From a virus (taxonomy: Duplodnaviria; Caudoviricetes), in IMG/VR virus record IMGVR_UViG_3300032227_000993: a stretch of 64,000 nucleotides of DNA. One strand, given 5' to 3'. The position numbers and the translations under genes were made by a program. Of this stretch, positions 26,709 to 38,100 are shown one piece after another (the stretch's first letter is position 1; the number at the start of each line of letters is the position of its first letter). The notes below the pieces were generated by a model, which was not told the origin of the DNA, ran no database searches, and worked only from the letters and a program-made list of their open reading frames with translations.

Positions 26709-27049
26709 TTACTTACAAGTTCCTCAAATTCTTTGATAATTTCTGGATCAGTGTTGTTGGCAATAACTGCTACTCGGTCTGGATATGCTATCTTAAATGC
26801 TTCTAACATGGCATTGATATCTTTACCTTGACAAACAAACTGATGGTCTTCTTTGCGATAACAATAGTATGTATCATTGTCTTTTTCTACCACGATACAA
26901 ATAAAAGAGTCTGATACATTTTTGATAGCGGCATGAATGTGTTGATCCAAGGTATTCATGACCAACTTGATACGATAGGCCAGATACAGCATTACCAAGC
27001 CTGCGCCTAACAAAATACCCACCGCAATCGCCACAATTGATTCGCTCAT
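26705..27049 (-). CDS. membrane-anchored hypothetical protein
   Basis: N-terminal TM segment. Confidence 0.6.
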   Translation of the reverse strand: MSESIVAIAVGILLGAGLVMLYLAYRIKLVMNTLDQHIHAAIKNVSDSFICIVVEKDNDTYYCYRKEDHQFVCQGKDINAMLEAFKIAYPDRVAVIANNTDPEIIKEFEELVSK

Positions 27050-27474
27050 TTTATCTGTCTTTCTTTAAAATATTCTTCGTGTTGTACCCAACGGTTACCC
27101 TTTAAAAATCCCCACTCTCTCAGTTGCGGACCCGGAAAAAACATGGTCCAGCAGTCTACCCCGGGTTCCAGCTCAATTCTGTGATAATCAGTGCTGTGTC
27201 CAAAACGCACCTGTCCAGCACCCTTCCATTGTGGAGTTGGATTGTGTCGAGTGTATTCCCAATAACCGCCACGCAAGATAATGGTCATGTAAGGCCACGG
27301 GTGATCATGCAGGTCATCTGGGTCCGATTTAAGGAACTTGTGCACAAACACATTAAACGGGAACCAAGAACGATCTTTGAGGAAAATGTAGTATCTTTCC
27401 AAATAGGGTTCGTTATCTTCGCGATCCAAAATAACACGATGGCGACCTAAACGCTGGAATAGTTTCTTAAGCAT
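27046..27474 (-). CDS. cupin-fold protein, apparently leaderless
   Basis: LHDHPW..MTIILRGGY.E, H...H cupin motifs; ATG 6 nt after a TTGACA-17-TACAAT promoter (27481-27509). Confidence 0.65.
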   Translation of the reverse strand: MLKKLFQRLGRHRVILDREDNEPYLERYYIFLKDRSWFPFNVFVHKFLKSDPDDLHDHPWPYMTIILRGGYWEYTRHNPTPQWKGAGQVRFGHSTDYHRIELEPGVDCWTMFFPGPQLREWGFLKGNRWVQHEEYFKERQIK

Positions 27475-27573
27475 ACAGCTATTGTACAGCCTATTGATTT
27501 GTTTGTCAAGGCGAAGCGGGCCTTGCACCCGCTTCTAATCGTTAAACACTACCGAATGGAGTGTTTGGGATGA

Positions 27574-27846
27574 TTATACTAAGCCAACAGCAAGAGCTTT
27601 GTAACCAGCAGCGATCAATTGACGACTTGGCTTGGTCAATGCGTATTCTGTTACTTGTACGCCATTGCCAGCTTTACGGCTGATAGTTGCCACAGCAAAA
27701 CCGTTGGCACGAATACGGCTGATTTCTGCGCCTAAATTCTTAACGCCAAAACGTTTTTGAGCAGAACTAGCTGTCAAAGTGTCGCCTTGTTGCAATGCTA
27801 CTTGTACCTTGAAGGTCTTGGTTTCTTTTGAATATTGATATTTCAT
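27574..27846 (-). CDS. winged helix-turn-helix DNA-binding protein
   Basis: G..LTA..A..RFGV.NL.A.IS.IR..G..V pattern. Confidence 0.65.
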   Translation of the reverse strand: MKYQYSKETKTFKVQVALQQGDTLTASSAQKRFGVKNLGAEISRIRANGFAVATISRKAGNGVQVTEYALTKPSRQLIAAGYKALAVGLV

Positions 27847-27951
27847 CGTTTTTCCTTTAAGTTAATAAACGTAGCTGTTTTTACGCAGCATACGCATAGT
27901 ATACACTACCCTGCTGTAAAACACAACATGGTTAGGTTAAGCATTTTACCA

Positions 27952-27957
27952 TAAATA
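27952..27957 (+). promoter_or_regulatory. late-type promoter TAAATA heading the plus-strand tail/adhesin island
   Basis: Same hexamer precedes other structural genes (2384, 7294, 29523). Confidence 0.55.
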
Positions 27958-27985
27958 ACTAAAATGGCTAACAAGGATCTCCTAA

Positions 27986-29509
27986 ATGTCTCAATACGTA
28001 ATTAACATCGGCGCAGCGGCAAACGACGGCACGGGCGACCCGTTACGCCTGGCTTTTAACGACACAAATTTAAACTTTGATCAAATTTTTGCGGCTGGTC
28101 CTGTGGACAGCAACATCCAAATTGCCAACAATACCATCCTTACCACCAATACCAATGGTAATTTGATCTTGGCCACCAACGGCACGGGCACCATTAGAGC
28201 TGCGGCCAACTTCCTTCCAGATATCGCAAATGTCCGGATGATCGGAACTGCTTCTAATCGTTTTAACACCATTTACGCACAGTATCTTAATGTATTGAGC
28301 ACCACGGTTTCTGGTAATTTGACTGTTTCCGGCAACTTGTTTGTGACCGGCAACACCATCACTGTGAATCAAGCCAACCTAAACGTGGCCAATACCCTGA
28401 TTACTCTGGCCGCAGGTGCCAACACAGCGGCTCAGGCCAATGGTGGCGGTATTTTCTTGGCCGGTGCCAATGCCAACATCACCTATTCACAGCTGACCGA
28501 TTCTTGGAATATGAATATTGCACTGGCTGTCAGCGACACAGTCACAGCCACTGCCTTTGTTGGTGATGGTTCACAGTTGTCCAATATCAACTCGGTAATC
28601 AATGCCAACGACTTGATAGGCGATACGCTATCTGCCAACGTGCTGGACAGTTCGCTGGTGTCAGTTGGCGTATTGAATTCGTTATCAGTACAGGGTAATA
28701 TTGTTTCGTCTGGCAACATCAACGGCACACTATTTGGTGACGGCGGTAATATTTCCAACATCACCGGTGCCATTGTCACTGGTAATGTGCCTTCAGCCAA
28801 CTTCGCCTACTATGCGTCCACAGCAGGCACAGCCAATCTGGCCTATGTGGCTCAACAAGCAACCAATGCCGACGATGCGCTTCGTGCTATTGTAGCTGTT
28901 CGTGCCAATGTGGCCAATTTTGCCTTGCAAAGCGCCAATGCCAACGTGGCCAACTTGGCGCTTTACTCTTACACATCCAACACAGCCAACGTGGCCGGTA
29001 CCGCATATCAGTTGGCACCCACTGCCAATCTATCATTAACCGGCAACGTGGTCATTGGAGGCAACATCACTGCTGGTGGTATTAAAACCAACGGTTATTA
29101 CTATGCCAATGGCGCACCTTTTACCAGTGGTAACTCTACTCCAGGTGGCAACACCGGTCAAGTACAATTCAACAACGCAGGGGCATTTGATGGCGACTCA
29201 GGCTTGACTTACTCACCAAGCCTAAACACCTTGACAGTCAGCAATACTGTGGCCACTACAAACTTGACGTCAGTCAACATCCAAGCCACTGACGCTACTA
29301 TCTATGCCAACGTGGTTGCCAATGTTGTGTTGGCCACAAACGATGTGTATGGCAAAAGATTAACAGCAACAAACGGCATGGTTCTTAACGCAAGGACCAT
29401 CACTGAGGATTATGAATTAGACGGATACAACGCTGGTAGCGTGGGCCCGATCACGATTGCGTCTGGAGTTGTTGTAGACATTACAGATGGCAACTGGGTA
29501 ATATCCTAA
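27986..29509 (+). CDS. tail fibre/baseplate protein with gp9/gp10-like N-terminus (paralog of 5199..7271)
   Basis: VINIGAAANDGTGDPLRLAF. Confidence 0.7.
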   Translation: MSQYVINIGAAANDGTGDPLRLAFNDTNLNFDQIFAAGPVDSNIQIANNTILTTNTNGNLILATNGTGTIRAAANFLPDIANVRMIGTASNRFNTIYAQYLNVLSTTVSGNLTVSGNLFVTGNTITVNQANLNVANTLITLAAGANTAAQANGGGIFLAGANANITYSQLTDSWNMNIALAVSDTVTATAFVGDGSQLSNINSVINANDLIGDTLSANVLDSSLVSVGVLNSLSVQGNIVSSGNINGTLFGDGGNISNITGAIVTGNVPSANFAYYASTAGTANLAYVAQQATNADDALRAIVAVRANVANFALQSANANVANLALYSYTSNTANVAGTAYQLAPTANLSLTGNVVIGGNITAGGIKTNGYYYANGAPFTSGNSTPGGNTGQVQFNNAGAFDGDSGLTYSPSLNTLTVSNTVATTNLTSVNIQATDATIYANVVANVVLATNDVYGKRLTATNGMVLNARTITEDYELDGYNAGSVGPITIASGVVVDITDGNWVIS

Positions 29510-29556
29510 TAGCAAATAACGGTAAATATTAAAAAATACAGGAATAGGACTTAAAA

Positions 29557-32500
29557 ATGACAATTAGACTCGACAGTGACTTAGGAATAAGCGCAACTGG
29601 TAATATTACTACAGATAATTATTTTATTGGTAATGGATCGCAACTCACAGGCATTGCTGCTTCGTATGGCAACGCCAATGTAACGACCTTACTAAGCGGT
29701 GGTACATTCACCGGCAATATTATTCCAGCTGGCAATGCTACACAGAGCCTGGGTAATGCCACTAATCAATGGAAAGACTTATGGGTCAGCAATGCCACTA
29801 TCTACATCAACAGTATTCCCTTGGGAGTAGGCAACACAGGTGTGCTACAGTTCGACGGTAACGATATTGTCACGTCCGGTCCTAATGTAATTAACACAGG
29901 TAATGTTGAAACTTCAGGTGATGTGATTGGAGGCAATTTGGTCATAGCCACTGGTGGGTTGACCTTTGCTGATGGGTCTGTACAAACAAGTGCTTACGGC
30001 AATGCCAATGTTGAAGCCTATTTGCCTTCAAGCAATACTATTATCAGTATCAACAGTAATATTGCCAATACAAACAGTAATGTTGCTAATTTGTCATTAG
30101 AAGTAGCTAATCTTGCTACCTCAAGTTCTTTGGCCAACACCAACGCCAATGTGGCCAACTTGACTACAGATTTAGGCAATACCAATAGCAACGTGACCAA
30201 CTTATCTAATGCGTTGGGCAATACCAATGGCAATGTGGCCAACCTTGTTACTATCACAACCAACACAGATAGTAATGTGGCCAATTTGACTACAGATTTG
30301 GCCAATACCAATAGTAATGTTAGTAATTTAACCAGCACCGTTAGTGACCAAGGCAATGCCATTGCTAACTTGCAAGGCTCAACTTATTCTAATGCCAATG
30401 CTTCGGGTTTCTTGGCAGCCTTTGGGTCCAACACAATCAGTACCACGGGCAATATCACTGTTGGCGATGTTACTTTGAATAACCTTTACTCGCCCAACTA
30501 TTTTGCTAATGCCATAGCGTTTGCTAATGCTACTGGTTATGTCACTACCAGTAGTTTATTCAAGTACAATCCTGGCACAGAAGTCCTCACAGTAGGCGCC
30601 ATATCTACCACAGGTAACATCACTGGCAATTACATTATTGGCAATGGTAGCTTGTTGTCTAACATCACTGGTGCCAATGTAACAGGTGAAGTGGCTGTGG
30701 CCAACACAGTGAGCAATCCTACACAATCAAATATTACAGCCTTAGGCACTATAACATCGTTGACTGCCAATGGCATACAAGTTAACGGACAGTTTACTGC
30801 CAATGGCAACGCACAGTTTAACGACAATGTTTACTTTGCCGGCAATGTTTCTCTTGCTGGTAATATTACACAGATTAGTGGTAACTCGGGTCAGTTCTTT
30901 GGAAACACAGTAACAGGTTTTGACGCCCTCTATGCTGGCTTACCTTCTGGTTACACATTGTTGCCGCAGGAAGTAATTAACTTTACTACTAACTACGATG
31001 GCTACTCACAAGTGTTGGCTCGTAATATTAATACAGGTTCACAATCAACTACAGACTTTGTGGCAACATCTGACAACGGTACTGACGTTGCTAACTTTGT
31101 TGACTTAGGTGTTGCTGGATCAGGGTACAACGGCGCAGTAGCCAATAATAGTTTAGGAACTTCTGTATTCCCTAACGACTCTTACCTGTATGCTCAAGGC
31201 AATACCAACGGTGGTAACTTAATTCTAGGTTCTAACCAAGCCAACGGTGTTGTTCGTATTATTGCTAACGGTCAAAGTAATATTGCCAATGTTGTTGCTA
31301 CATTTAGCAGTAGCGGTATTAAACTTCCTGATACAATAACTATTGGTCCTGACTCAGGTAACTCCTACTTAACATTAGACAGATTTGGTATTACTGCTAA
31401 TACACAAATGGTTCTAGCGGCGGCCAACGCATCCAGCGGCAACAACTCGTCAGTCTTGTTTGACAAAAACGGTGGCGGCATTACCTTACAGTTAGAAACT
31501 AATGTTGGTCCTTCCCAAGCACTATGGAGATTCTACTCTGGTAACTTGACATTCCCAGATGGCTCCTCACAAACTACAGCATACGGCAATGCCAATGTAG
31601 CCGCTTACTTGCCAACATACACTGGCAACTTAACTGCTGGTAATCTTTTTGCTGGCGCCAACGGAGCAGTCTTAAACGACGGCGCTACTACTACATTTAC
31701 AGGTGGCTGGAATGGCGCCAACGGCTACATTGGTGGCATTTCGATGCAGGCCATTGGCGATATAACTATCGAAGCCGCTAATCAGTTAACAGTATCAGCC
31801 GGCAATACAGCATACTTTACTGTTACATCTGGAAACGGCGTTTCTCTTGAAAGTAATCTTGTAGCAACTAACGGAAATTACAACATCACTGGATTTGATA
31901 CTGTTAGTGCTAACATTATTAGTGCTACTGGTAATATTACTGCTCGATCTGGAACCGCGTTTACTGAAATATCACCTGCGTACATACAGTTAGGCAACGA
32001 GCAAGGAGCTACACCGTATATTGATTTTAATAGTAGTACTGCTCTTGGCGATTACGATTCAAGAATTATTGCATCAGGCGGCAGTAATATTGGTGTTCCT
32101 GGTCAAGGCAATTTGGAGATTATTGCCAGCACACTAACAATAACAGGTGCAAACTTATTAGCTACTGGAAACATTAGTGCTACTGGTAATATTACCGGTG
32201 ACTATGCCTTGTTTAACGATATTCAGTTAAACGACTTATCAGCTAATGCTATTTTGTACACAGATGCTAACCGAAACGTTTGGAATACAGACTTTAGTTA
32301 CGACTCTACCAATAACACAATGTCAGGTGGTAATATTAGTGTCACTGGAAATGTAACAGCTGGTTACTTTATTGGTGACGGTAGTTTATTAACTGGTTTA
32401 CCTGCTGGTTACAGCGATGCCAACGTGGTTACCTTGTTAAGTGCCTTTGGTAGCAACACAATATCTACATCGGGCAATGTTAGCACTGGTAATATTGTAA

Positions 32501-32913
32501 CAGGTACTGGCACAGGCGGTAACATCACAGGTGTTAACATCATGTCAGCCAACGTGTTTATTGGAGACGGTGGTAACTTAACTAACTTGCCTTCCTCTGG
32601 TCTAGTAGTTGACTCAATGACTTCGGGTGCTAACATTACTGCTTCAGTAAACGATACACAGTACAACGTAACAGCCTTAGCTGTAAGTGCTAACGTAACT
32701 GCTCCTACTGGTGTTGCGCAAGACGGTCAGAAGTTAACTTATCGTATCGTTGACAACGGTACTCCACAAGCATTATCATGGGATCCTATCTATCAAGTTA
32801 TTGGCGTTACATTGCCAACAACTACAGTAGCCAGCAAATATGTTTATGTTGGTGTAATTTACAACGATCAAGATACAACGTGGGATGTAGTATCAGTGGC
32901 ACAGCAGGCTTAA
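29557..32913 (+). CDS. long tail fibre-like protein with heptad coiled-coil segment
   Basis: 1118 aa, N/G/T/S-rich; 14-residue NTNSNVANL repeats near 30055-30370. Confidence 0.7.
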   Translation: MTIRLDSDLGISATGNITTDNYFIGNGSQLTGIAASYGNANVTTLLSGGTFTGNIIPAGNATQSLGNATNQWKDLWVSNATIYINSIPLGVGNTGVLQFDGNDIVTSGPNVINTGNVETSGDVIGGNLVIATGGLTFADGSVQTSAYGNANVEAYLPSSNTIISINSNIANTNSNVANLSLEVANLATSSSLANTNANVANLTTDLGNTNSNVTNLSNALGNTNGNVANLVTITTNTDSNVANLTTDLANTNSNVSNLTSTVSDQGNAIANLQGSTYSNANASGFLAAFGSNTISTTGNITVGDVTLNNLYSPNYFANAIAFANATGYVTTSSLFKYNPGTEVLTVGAISTTGNITGNYIIGNGSLLSNITGANVTGEVAVANTVSNPTQSNITALGTITSLTANGIQVNGQFTANGNAQFNDNVYFAGNVSLAGNITQISGNSGQFFGNTVTGFDALYAGLPSGYTLLPQEVINFTTNYDGYSQVLARNINTGSQSTTDFVATSDNGTDVANFVDLGVAGSGYNGAVANNSLGTSVFPNDSYLYAQGNTNGGNLILGSNQANGVVRIIANGQSNIANVVATFSSSGIKLPDTITIGPDSGNSYLTLDRFGITANTQMVLAAANASSGNNSSVLFDKNGGGITLQLETNVGPSQALWRFYSGNLTFPDGSSQTTAYGNANVAAYLPTYTGNLTAGNLFAGANGAVLNDGATTTFTGGWNGANGYIGGISMQAIGDITIEAANQLTVSAGNTAYFTVTSGNGVSLESNLVATNGNYNITGFDTVSANIISATGNITARSGTAFTEISPAYIQLGNEQGATPYIDFNSSTALGDYDSRIIASGGSNIGVPGQGNLEIIASTLTITGANLLATGNISATGNITGDYALFNDIQLNDLSANAILYTDANRNVWNTDFSYDSTNNTMSGGNISVTGNVTAGYFIGDGSLLTGLPAGYSDANVVTLLSAFGSNTISTSGNVSTGNIVTGTGTGGNITGVNIMSANVFIGDGGNLTNLPSSGLVVDSMTSGANITASVNDTQYNVTALAVSANVTAPTGVAQDGQKLTYRIVDNGTPQALSWDPIYQVIGVTLPTTTVASKYVYVGVIYNDQDTTWDVVSVAQQA

Positions 32914-32924
32914 CAGGATAACAC

Positions 32925-34934
32925 ATGGCAAGTAGATTTTGGGTAGGTGGAACAGGTACTTGGTCGGCAAGTAACACTACAAACTGGGCGGCAACGTCAG
33001 GCGGTGCTGGTGGACAGTCGGTACCTGGACCTAGCGATACAGTTACTTTTGACGGCGCTTCTGGAACTTCGTTTACTGTAACCATTGAATCGGGCTACAA
33101 TCCCTCAGTTACTAGTGTGGCCGGTGGCTCTGCTACTGTTACACTTGACATAAACAATCAAACGCTAACAGTACAAACATTTACCTTTAGCAACCCAACT
33201 AATGTGGCTCGTACCCTAGCGTTTGGTTCAACTGGACAAATCACAGTCACCGGCAACGGGGCTTCAGTGTTTAGTGTACAGACTGATACCGGTCTCACTA
33301 CCACAGGGTCCAGAAATGTGGTCTTTACCTATAGCGGCGGTGTGGGCACTAGAACTATTGGTACCAATACATTTGCAAACCTTAATAGCAACAGCTTAAA
33401 CTATTACGTCCAGGGCGGTACTGATATAGTTACCTTTGGTGGAGCATCAGGGATCATAGTTAGAAATCTTGACATGACCGGTTTTAGTGGAACCTTTAGC
33501 ACTAACATTGTTCGGGCCGCTGGCAACGTGACCTTCAGTCCTACTATGACCCTTACTGCAGTTTCTACAACTTTTAACTTTTCAGGCAGTTCTGGTGCTA
33601 CACAAACCTTTACCTCAGCTGGACTGAGTCTTCCTGTGGGAATTACTGTCAATCCTACCGGAGGTGGTACTGTGGTGTTTGCCGATGATGTTACTATGCC
33701 TGCTACTCAAACATTGACTTTATCATCTGGCACATTAAATCTCAACAATCGCACAGTTTCAGTTGGCAGATTTAACGCCAGCGGCGCTACAGCTAGAGCA
33801 TTAGCACTTGGCACTAGTAGTGTACTGAATATCACCGGTGACAATGTCACCGTATGGAATGCGGCAAACGCTACCAACTTTAGCTACACCGGTGTAGGAA
33901 GTGTAAACTTTACCTACAGCGGTAGTGCAGGAACACGTGGCATACAACACGGAACCACTGGTGGCGGAACAGTAGCAACAAAACCTCCTCCAATGTATGT
34001 TACAGGCGGATCGGATATTTTAGATCCAAAGATTGCTGGCAGTTGGTACGGCGATATAGATTACACTGGGTACACTGGTGTATTAGCAAATCTACTAACA
34101 AATATTGCTGGCAATTTAATACTTGGTACTGGCATGACTGCCAACGCTGGTGCTAATGCTTACACCTTCGCAGGTAATACTACACAAACTATTGTTACCA
34201 ACGGAGTTACTACAGATTTTCCCATAACTATTGCTCAGCCCGCCGGCGGCACGTTTTCACTTGGCGAGCCATTGGCAATCGGCAATGCTCGCACACTAAC
34301 AATAACTGCCGGCAACTTGGTTACCAATGGATACAACATTACCGCTGGTAAATTTGCTGGCACAGGCAGTAGCACTCGTATTATTAATATTAGTAATAGC
34401 AATGTAACACTTAACAGTTCCGGTGTTCCTGTTTGGAATATGACCGCATCGGGTAATGCTACATTGCAAGCCGCTAACTCCACTATTATTTTTGCCAACA
34501 GTTCAACTACAGTTAGAAGCATAGCTTGCGGCAACGGGTTAACTTATGGCAACATGGTAATAAGCGGGGCTAATGTTGCTCAGTTTAATTTTAGTGGTAG
34601 TGGTACATTTAATACTATTTCAACAGATAAATCTGTAAACCAAGCTATCTACTTTGATTCAGATACTACTACTACAGTTACTAACTGGGACATAGTAGGA
34701 ACAGCCAATGCTACTGTAACTCTCTCAGCAACTGGAGTTACTCCATTTAATTTAGTTAAAGCAGGTGGTGGCACAGTTGATGTTAGTTATCATAATATCA
34801 GCTATTCAAATGCTAGTCCTAGCAACACTTGGTATGCGTTGTATACCAATAACAATACCAACGGCGGCACTAACACAGGTTGGATATTTGAACTGCCAGC
34901 GGCAACAAGTAGCAACTTCTTTTTAGTATTTTAA
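32925..34934 (+). CDS. beta-helix adhesin/tailspike-like virion protein
   Basis: FWVGGTGTW...NW..SGG..G.SVP..SD.V.FD start; T/G/N/S-rich. Confidence 0.6.
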   Translation: MASRFWVGGTGTWSASNTTNWAATSGGAGGQSVPGPSDTVTFDGASGTSFTVTIESGYNPSVTSVAGGSATVTLDINNQTLTVQTFTFSNPTNVARTLAFGSTGQITVTGNGASVFSVQTDTGLTTTGSRNVVFTYSGGVGTRTIGTNTFANLNSNSLNYYVQGGTDIVTFGGASGIIVRNLDMTGFSGTFSTNIVRAAGNVTFSPTMTLTAVSTTFNFSGSSGATQTFTSAGLSLPVGITVNPTGGGTVVFADDVTMPATQTLTLSSGTLNLNNRTVSVGRFNASGATARALALGTSSVLNITGDNVTVWNAANATNFSYTGVGSVNFTYSGSAGTRGIQHGTTGGGTVATKPPPMYVTGGSDILDPKIAGSWYGDIDYTGYTGVLANLLTNIAGNLILGTGMTANAGANAYTFAGNTTQTIVTNGVTTDFPITIAQPAGGTFSLGEPLAIGNARTLTITAGNLVTNGYNITAGKFAGTGSSTRIINISNSNVTLNSSGVPVWNMTASGNATLQAANSTIIFANSSTTVRSIACGNGLTYGNMVISGANVAQFNFSGSGTFNTISTDKSVNQAIYFDSDTTTTVTNWDIVGTANATVTLSATGVTPFNLVKAGGGTVDVSYHNISYSNASPSNTWYALYTNNNTNGGTNTGWIFELPAATSSNFFLVF

Positions 34935-34944
34935 GGCGAACAAC

Positions 34945-35085
34945 ATGGACATTATTATTGAAACAGGCGTAACTATAGAACAAGGTGTTAGTATTGGTCA
35001 GTTCGCTGTAAACATACCAGGTTACTTAGCTACACAAGACGATAACCAATTGGTCACCGAGAGTGGTGATAATTTAGTAACATAG
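34945..35085 (+). CDS. small structural accessory protein not in the ORF track (MDIIIETGVTIEQGVSIG...)
   Basis: 46 aa, manual translation; LATQDDNQLVTESG pattern. Confidence 0.55.
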   Translation: MDIIIETGVTIEQGVSIGQFAVNIPGYLATQDDNQLVTESGDNLVT

Positions 35086-35108
35086 AAATTAATTAAGGAA
35101 AGATTTAA

Positions 35109-38100
35109 ATGTCAAATATAAAAATTACCCAGTTACCAGAACTGGCCCCAACACCACTATCAGGATCAGATGTATTTCCTGTTGTTAGCGGAAACGTTAC
35201 ATACCAAGTTACAGCTAATGCTATTGCTGATTTTGCTGGTGGCGGTGCTAACACAGGCAACGTTACATTTGACAATCAGATTGTGATTGGTACTGGCGAT
35301 AGTGGAGGTGGGGGTGGATTATACCTTGCTCCCGGTGATAGCGAATTAGCAAATCTACAATACTTTAGAGTACGTGGCGGTGATGTTCCATCTCACTTGC
35401 ATTTTGATACTGGCAACGTTGATTATTACGATCAGTATTTTGGAGATGACGGCAAGTATGTTAAATTAGAAGCTGGTACGGCCGGCAACATAGTGATCGG
35501 CACAGACAACAATGTACAGAATTGGATATTCGACAATACTGGTAACACAACTATTCCCGGCAACATACAAACTGTTACAACAGGATTTCCATTTACGTCT
35601 AACATCAGTGGCATTAATACCGGAAGTCCAACTGTATTAGTTACTGTAATTGATGCTGTTTTTGGTGCGCCTGAAACTGGACAAGTAACAATCTCTGGTG
35701 TGGTCGGAACTACAGAAGCAAACAACACTTGGTATTACCTGTCTATAGATCCTAGTAACTTTCAACTGTACTACGATGCCGCATTACAAAACCCAGTAAA
35801 CGGAACTAGCTGGACTGCCTATATTAGTGGAGGTTTGGCATTTGCCGCTGGCTACAGCGACTTGGGCATCACCGGTGGCAATGTATCTATAACTACTAAC
35901 ACAGACAATACTTGGACGTTTGATAATGCTGGTAACTTAACATTACCAGGCAATGCGTTTGCTGTCAACTATGCCAACGGAACTCCTGTTACAATTGGTA
36001 GCGGCGGTTCAGCGAACTCAATCAGTAATGGCACAAGTAATGTAGCTATTCCTTCAGCTAACAGCAACGTTGTTGTTGGCATAGCTGGCTCGGATATGTT
36101 TACATTTGGCACAGATGGTAACTTAACATTTTTACACGGTGGCAAGATTGCTGAAGTCGTAAGCCCTGTTCCAGGTAACTACGCACTCGCATTAAGTGGT
36201 ACCGGGGTAACAGATCCTGATCAACAGTTATTAGTTTATCCAACTAGTTTAGATGAAGGACACTTACACTTAACTTCGGGCAATCTTTACAATGTTGAAT
36301 TGTTCTTGGGTAACGATGATTTGTATGTTAAGTTAGCTAACACAGGTAATGTTATTATTAATACTAACGACGGTGTTGGTAATACAGCACAATGGGCATT
36401 TGGTATTGACGGTATTACCACATTCCCTAACAATACTATTCTCAACACTACCGGTGATGATCTTTTCATAACAACAACTGACAGCAATGGTATTGTAAAT
36501 TCATCTATAGAGTTAGCACCAACTAGTGAATTAACACGCATAGAACAGTGGAGCGGTCAAAACAGTATGAGCTTTACTACTGCTGACTGGGCTACTGGTG
36601 TTTACACAGTTGATAGCGGGTTAGGTGCGGTCCAATTTACTGGTGCTGCCAACATTGTTAACTTTGTTAACTCATTAAATGCTGCCGATGTTGGTCACAT
36701 TTTCTTGAGTGTCAACGGCGGACCACAGTTAGTTTGGGACGGCACTAGTACCGGCGGTGATAACATCACGTTTAACACACCGACACTACCAGCCGTTGAT
36801 CCTACTACAGTAACTACATTTGATTATTATTACAGTTTCAAGTCAGGTTTTGAAATAGATTATGATTCTTCAGAAGTTAATATCTATGCCAATGATGCTG
36901 ATATTAATTTAAGCACCACAAATCAGAAAGATATTCTGTTGAACTCTTCACGCGATATGATCGTAGCAGGAAACGGAGCAGTAGCATTAACAAATTTTAG
37001 CAACATTGACGGAATAACTATTAATACTGATACCAATGGCACATCGCGTCAATGGACATTTGATGCTGGTGGTAACTTACGTGTGCCACAAGGTGGCTAC
37101 ATTGGTGCCGCTGGTGTCAAGGGTGACGGAACAATGCTCACCGGCGGCAAAGGTAACATTGCCAGCTTGACCAGTTTCTACGCCAATGCCAATGCTTTAA
37201 ACTACTCTAGTTGCGTTACTGTCAATGCCGATGGTACCTTAAACATTACCACCTACGGTGATGGCACAGGTCTTGCTGGACAATGGACATTTGACAGCAA
37301 TGGTACATTAACATTACCAGGCGAAGGTGTTGTTAGATCCAACAACGATACCATTAGTTTAGAATCCTGGGACACAGCCAACAGCCTTGGTTATGGAATG
37401 TATATTGGCACTACAGGCGGATTGTATTTCCAACAAGCTACCAATCCAAACTGGTTAAGCATTGCTCCTAACGCAAGTAACGTTGAGATTGCCGCAGGTG
37501 TAGCCAATACTGGTGAAGCCGGACATAGCATAAGCATTGCTTCCGGCTCTGCAGACCAAGGTACTTACAATACTAGTCCTGGCGGCAACATAAACATCAC
37601 TGGTGGCTTAGGCGCATTCAACGATGGCGGTGGCGGTGGCCCTGGTGGTAGCGTTAATATCACTGCTGGTAATAGTAGTGACCCAGCTGGTGTTGCCGGT
37701 AATGTTGTTGTAAACTCTGGAACTAATACTTGGACATTTGATAATACAGGTAACTTATCTGCTCCTGGTACTATTACTGCCAACACATTTATTTCCAACG
37801 CATTTAATGTTGTCACAGCCGGCAACTTGTTGGTTAGTTCACAGTACGGTCTTGGCACAGTTGGTACAATCTTAGAACAAGACGGCTTACTTGAACTTAT
37901 CGGTAACAGTACAGGCGGTTGTGTTGTAGTAGGTTGGAATAGTAGCTATGGTAATCTAAGCAATGTTGCTCAGATGTATTTTAGTCCAGCAGGAAGCACT
38001 GGTAACATTGTTGTGACCACAGGCGACCTTGGTAACACATCTTATGCTTGGACATACGATAACACCGGTAACTTGACATTGCCGGGTAACACTTTTGCTG

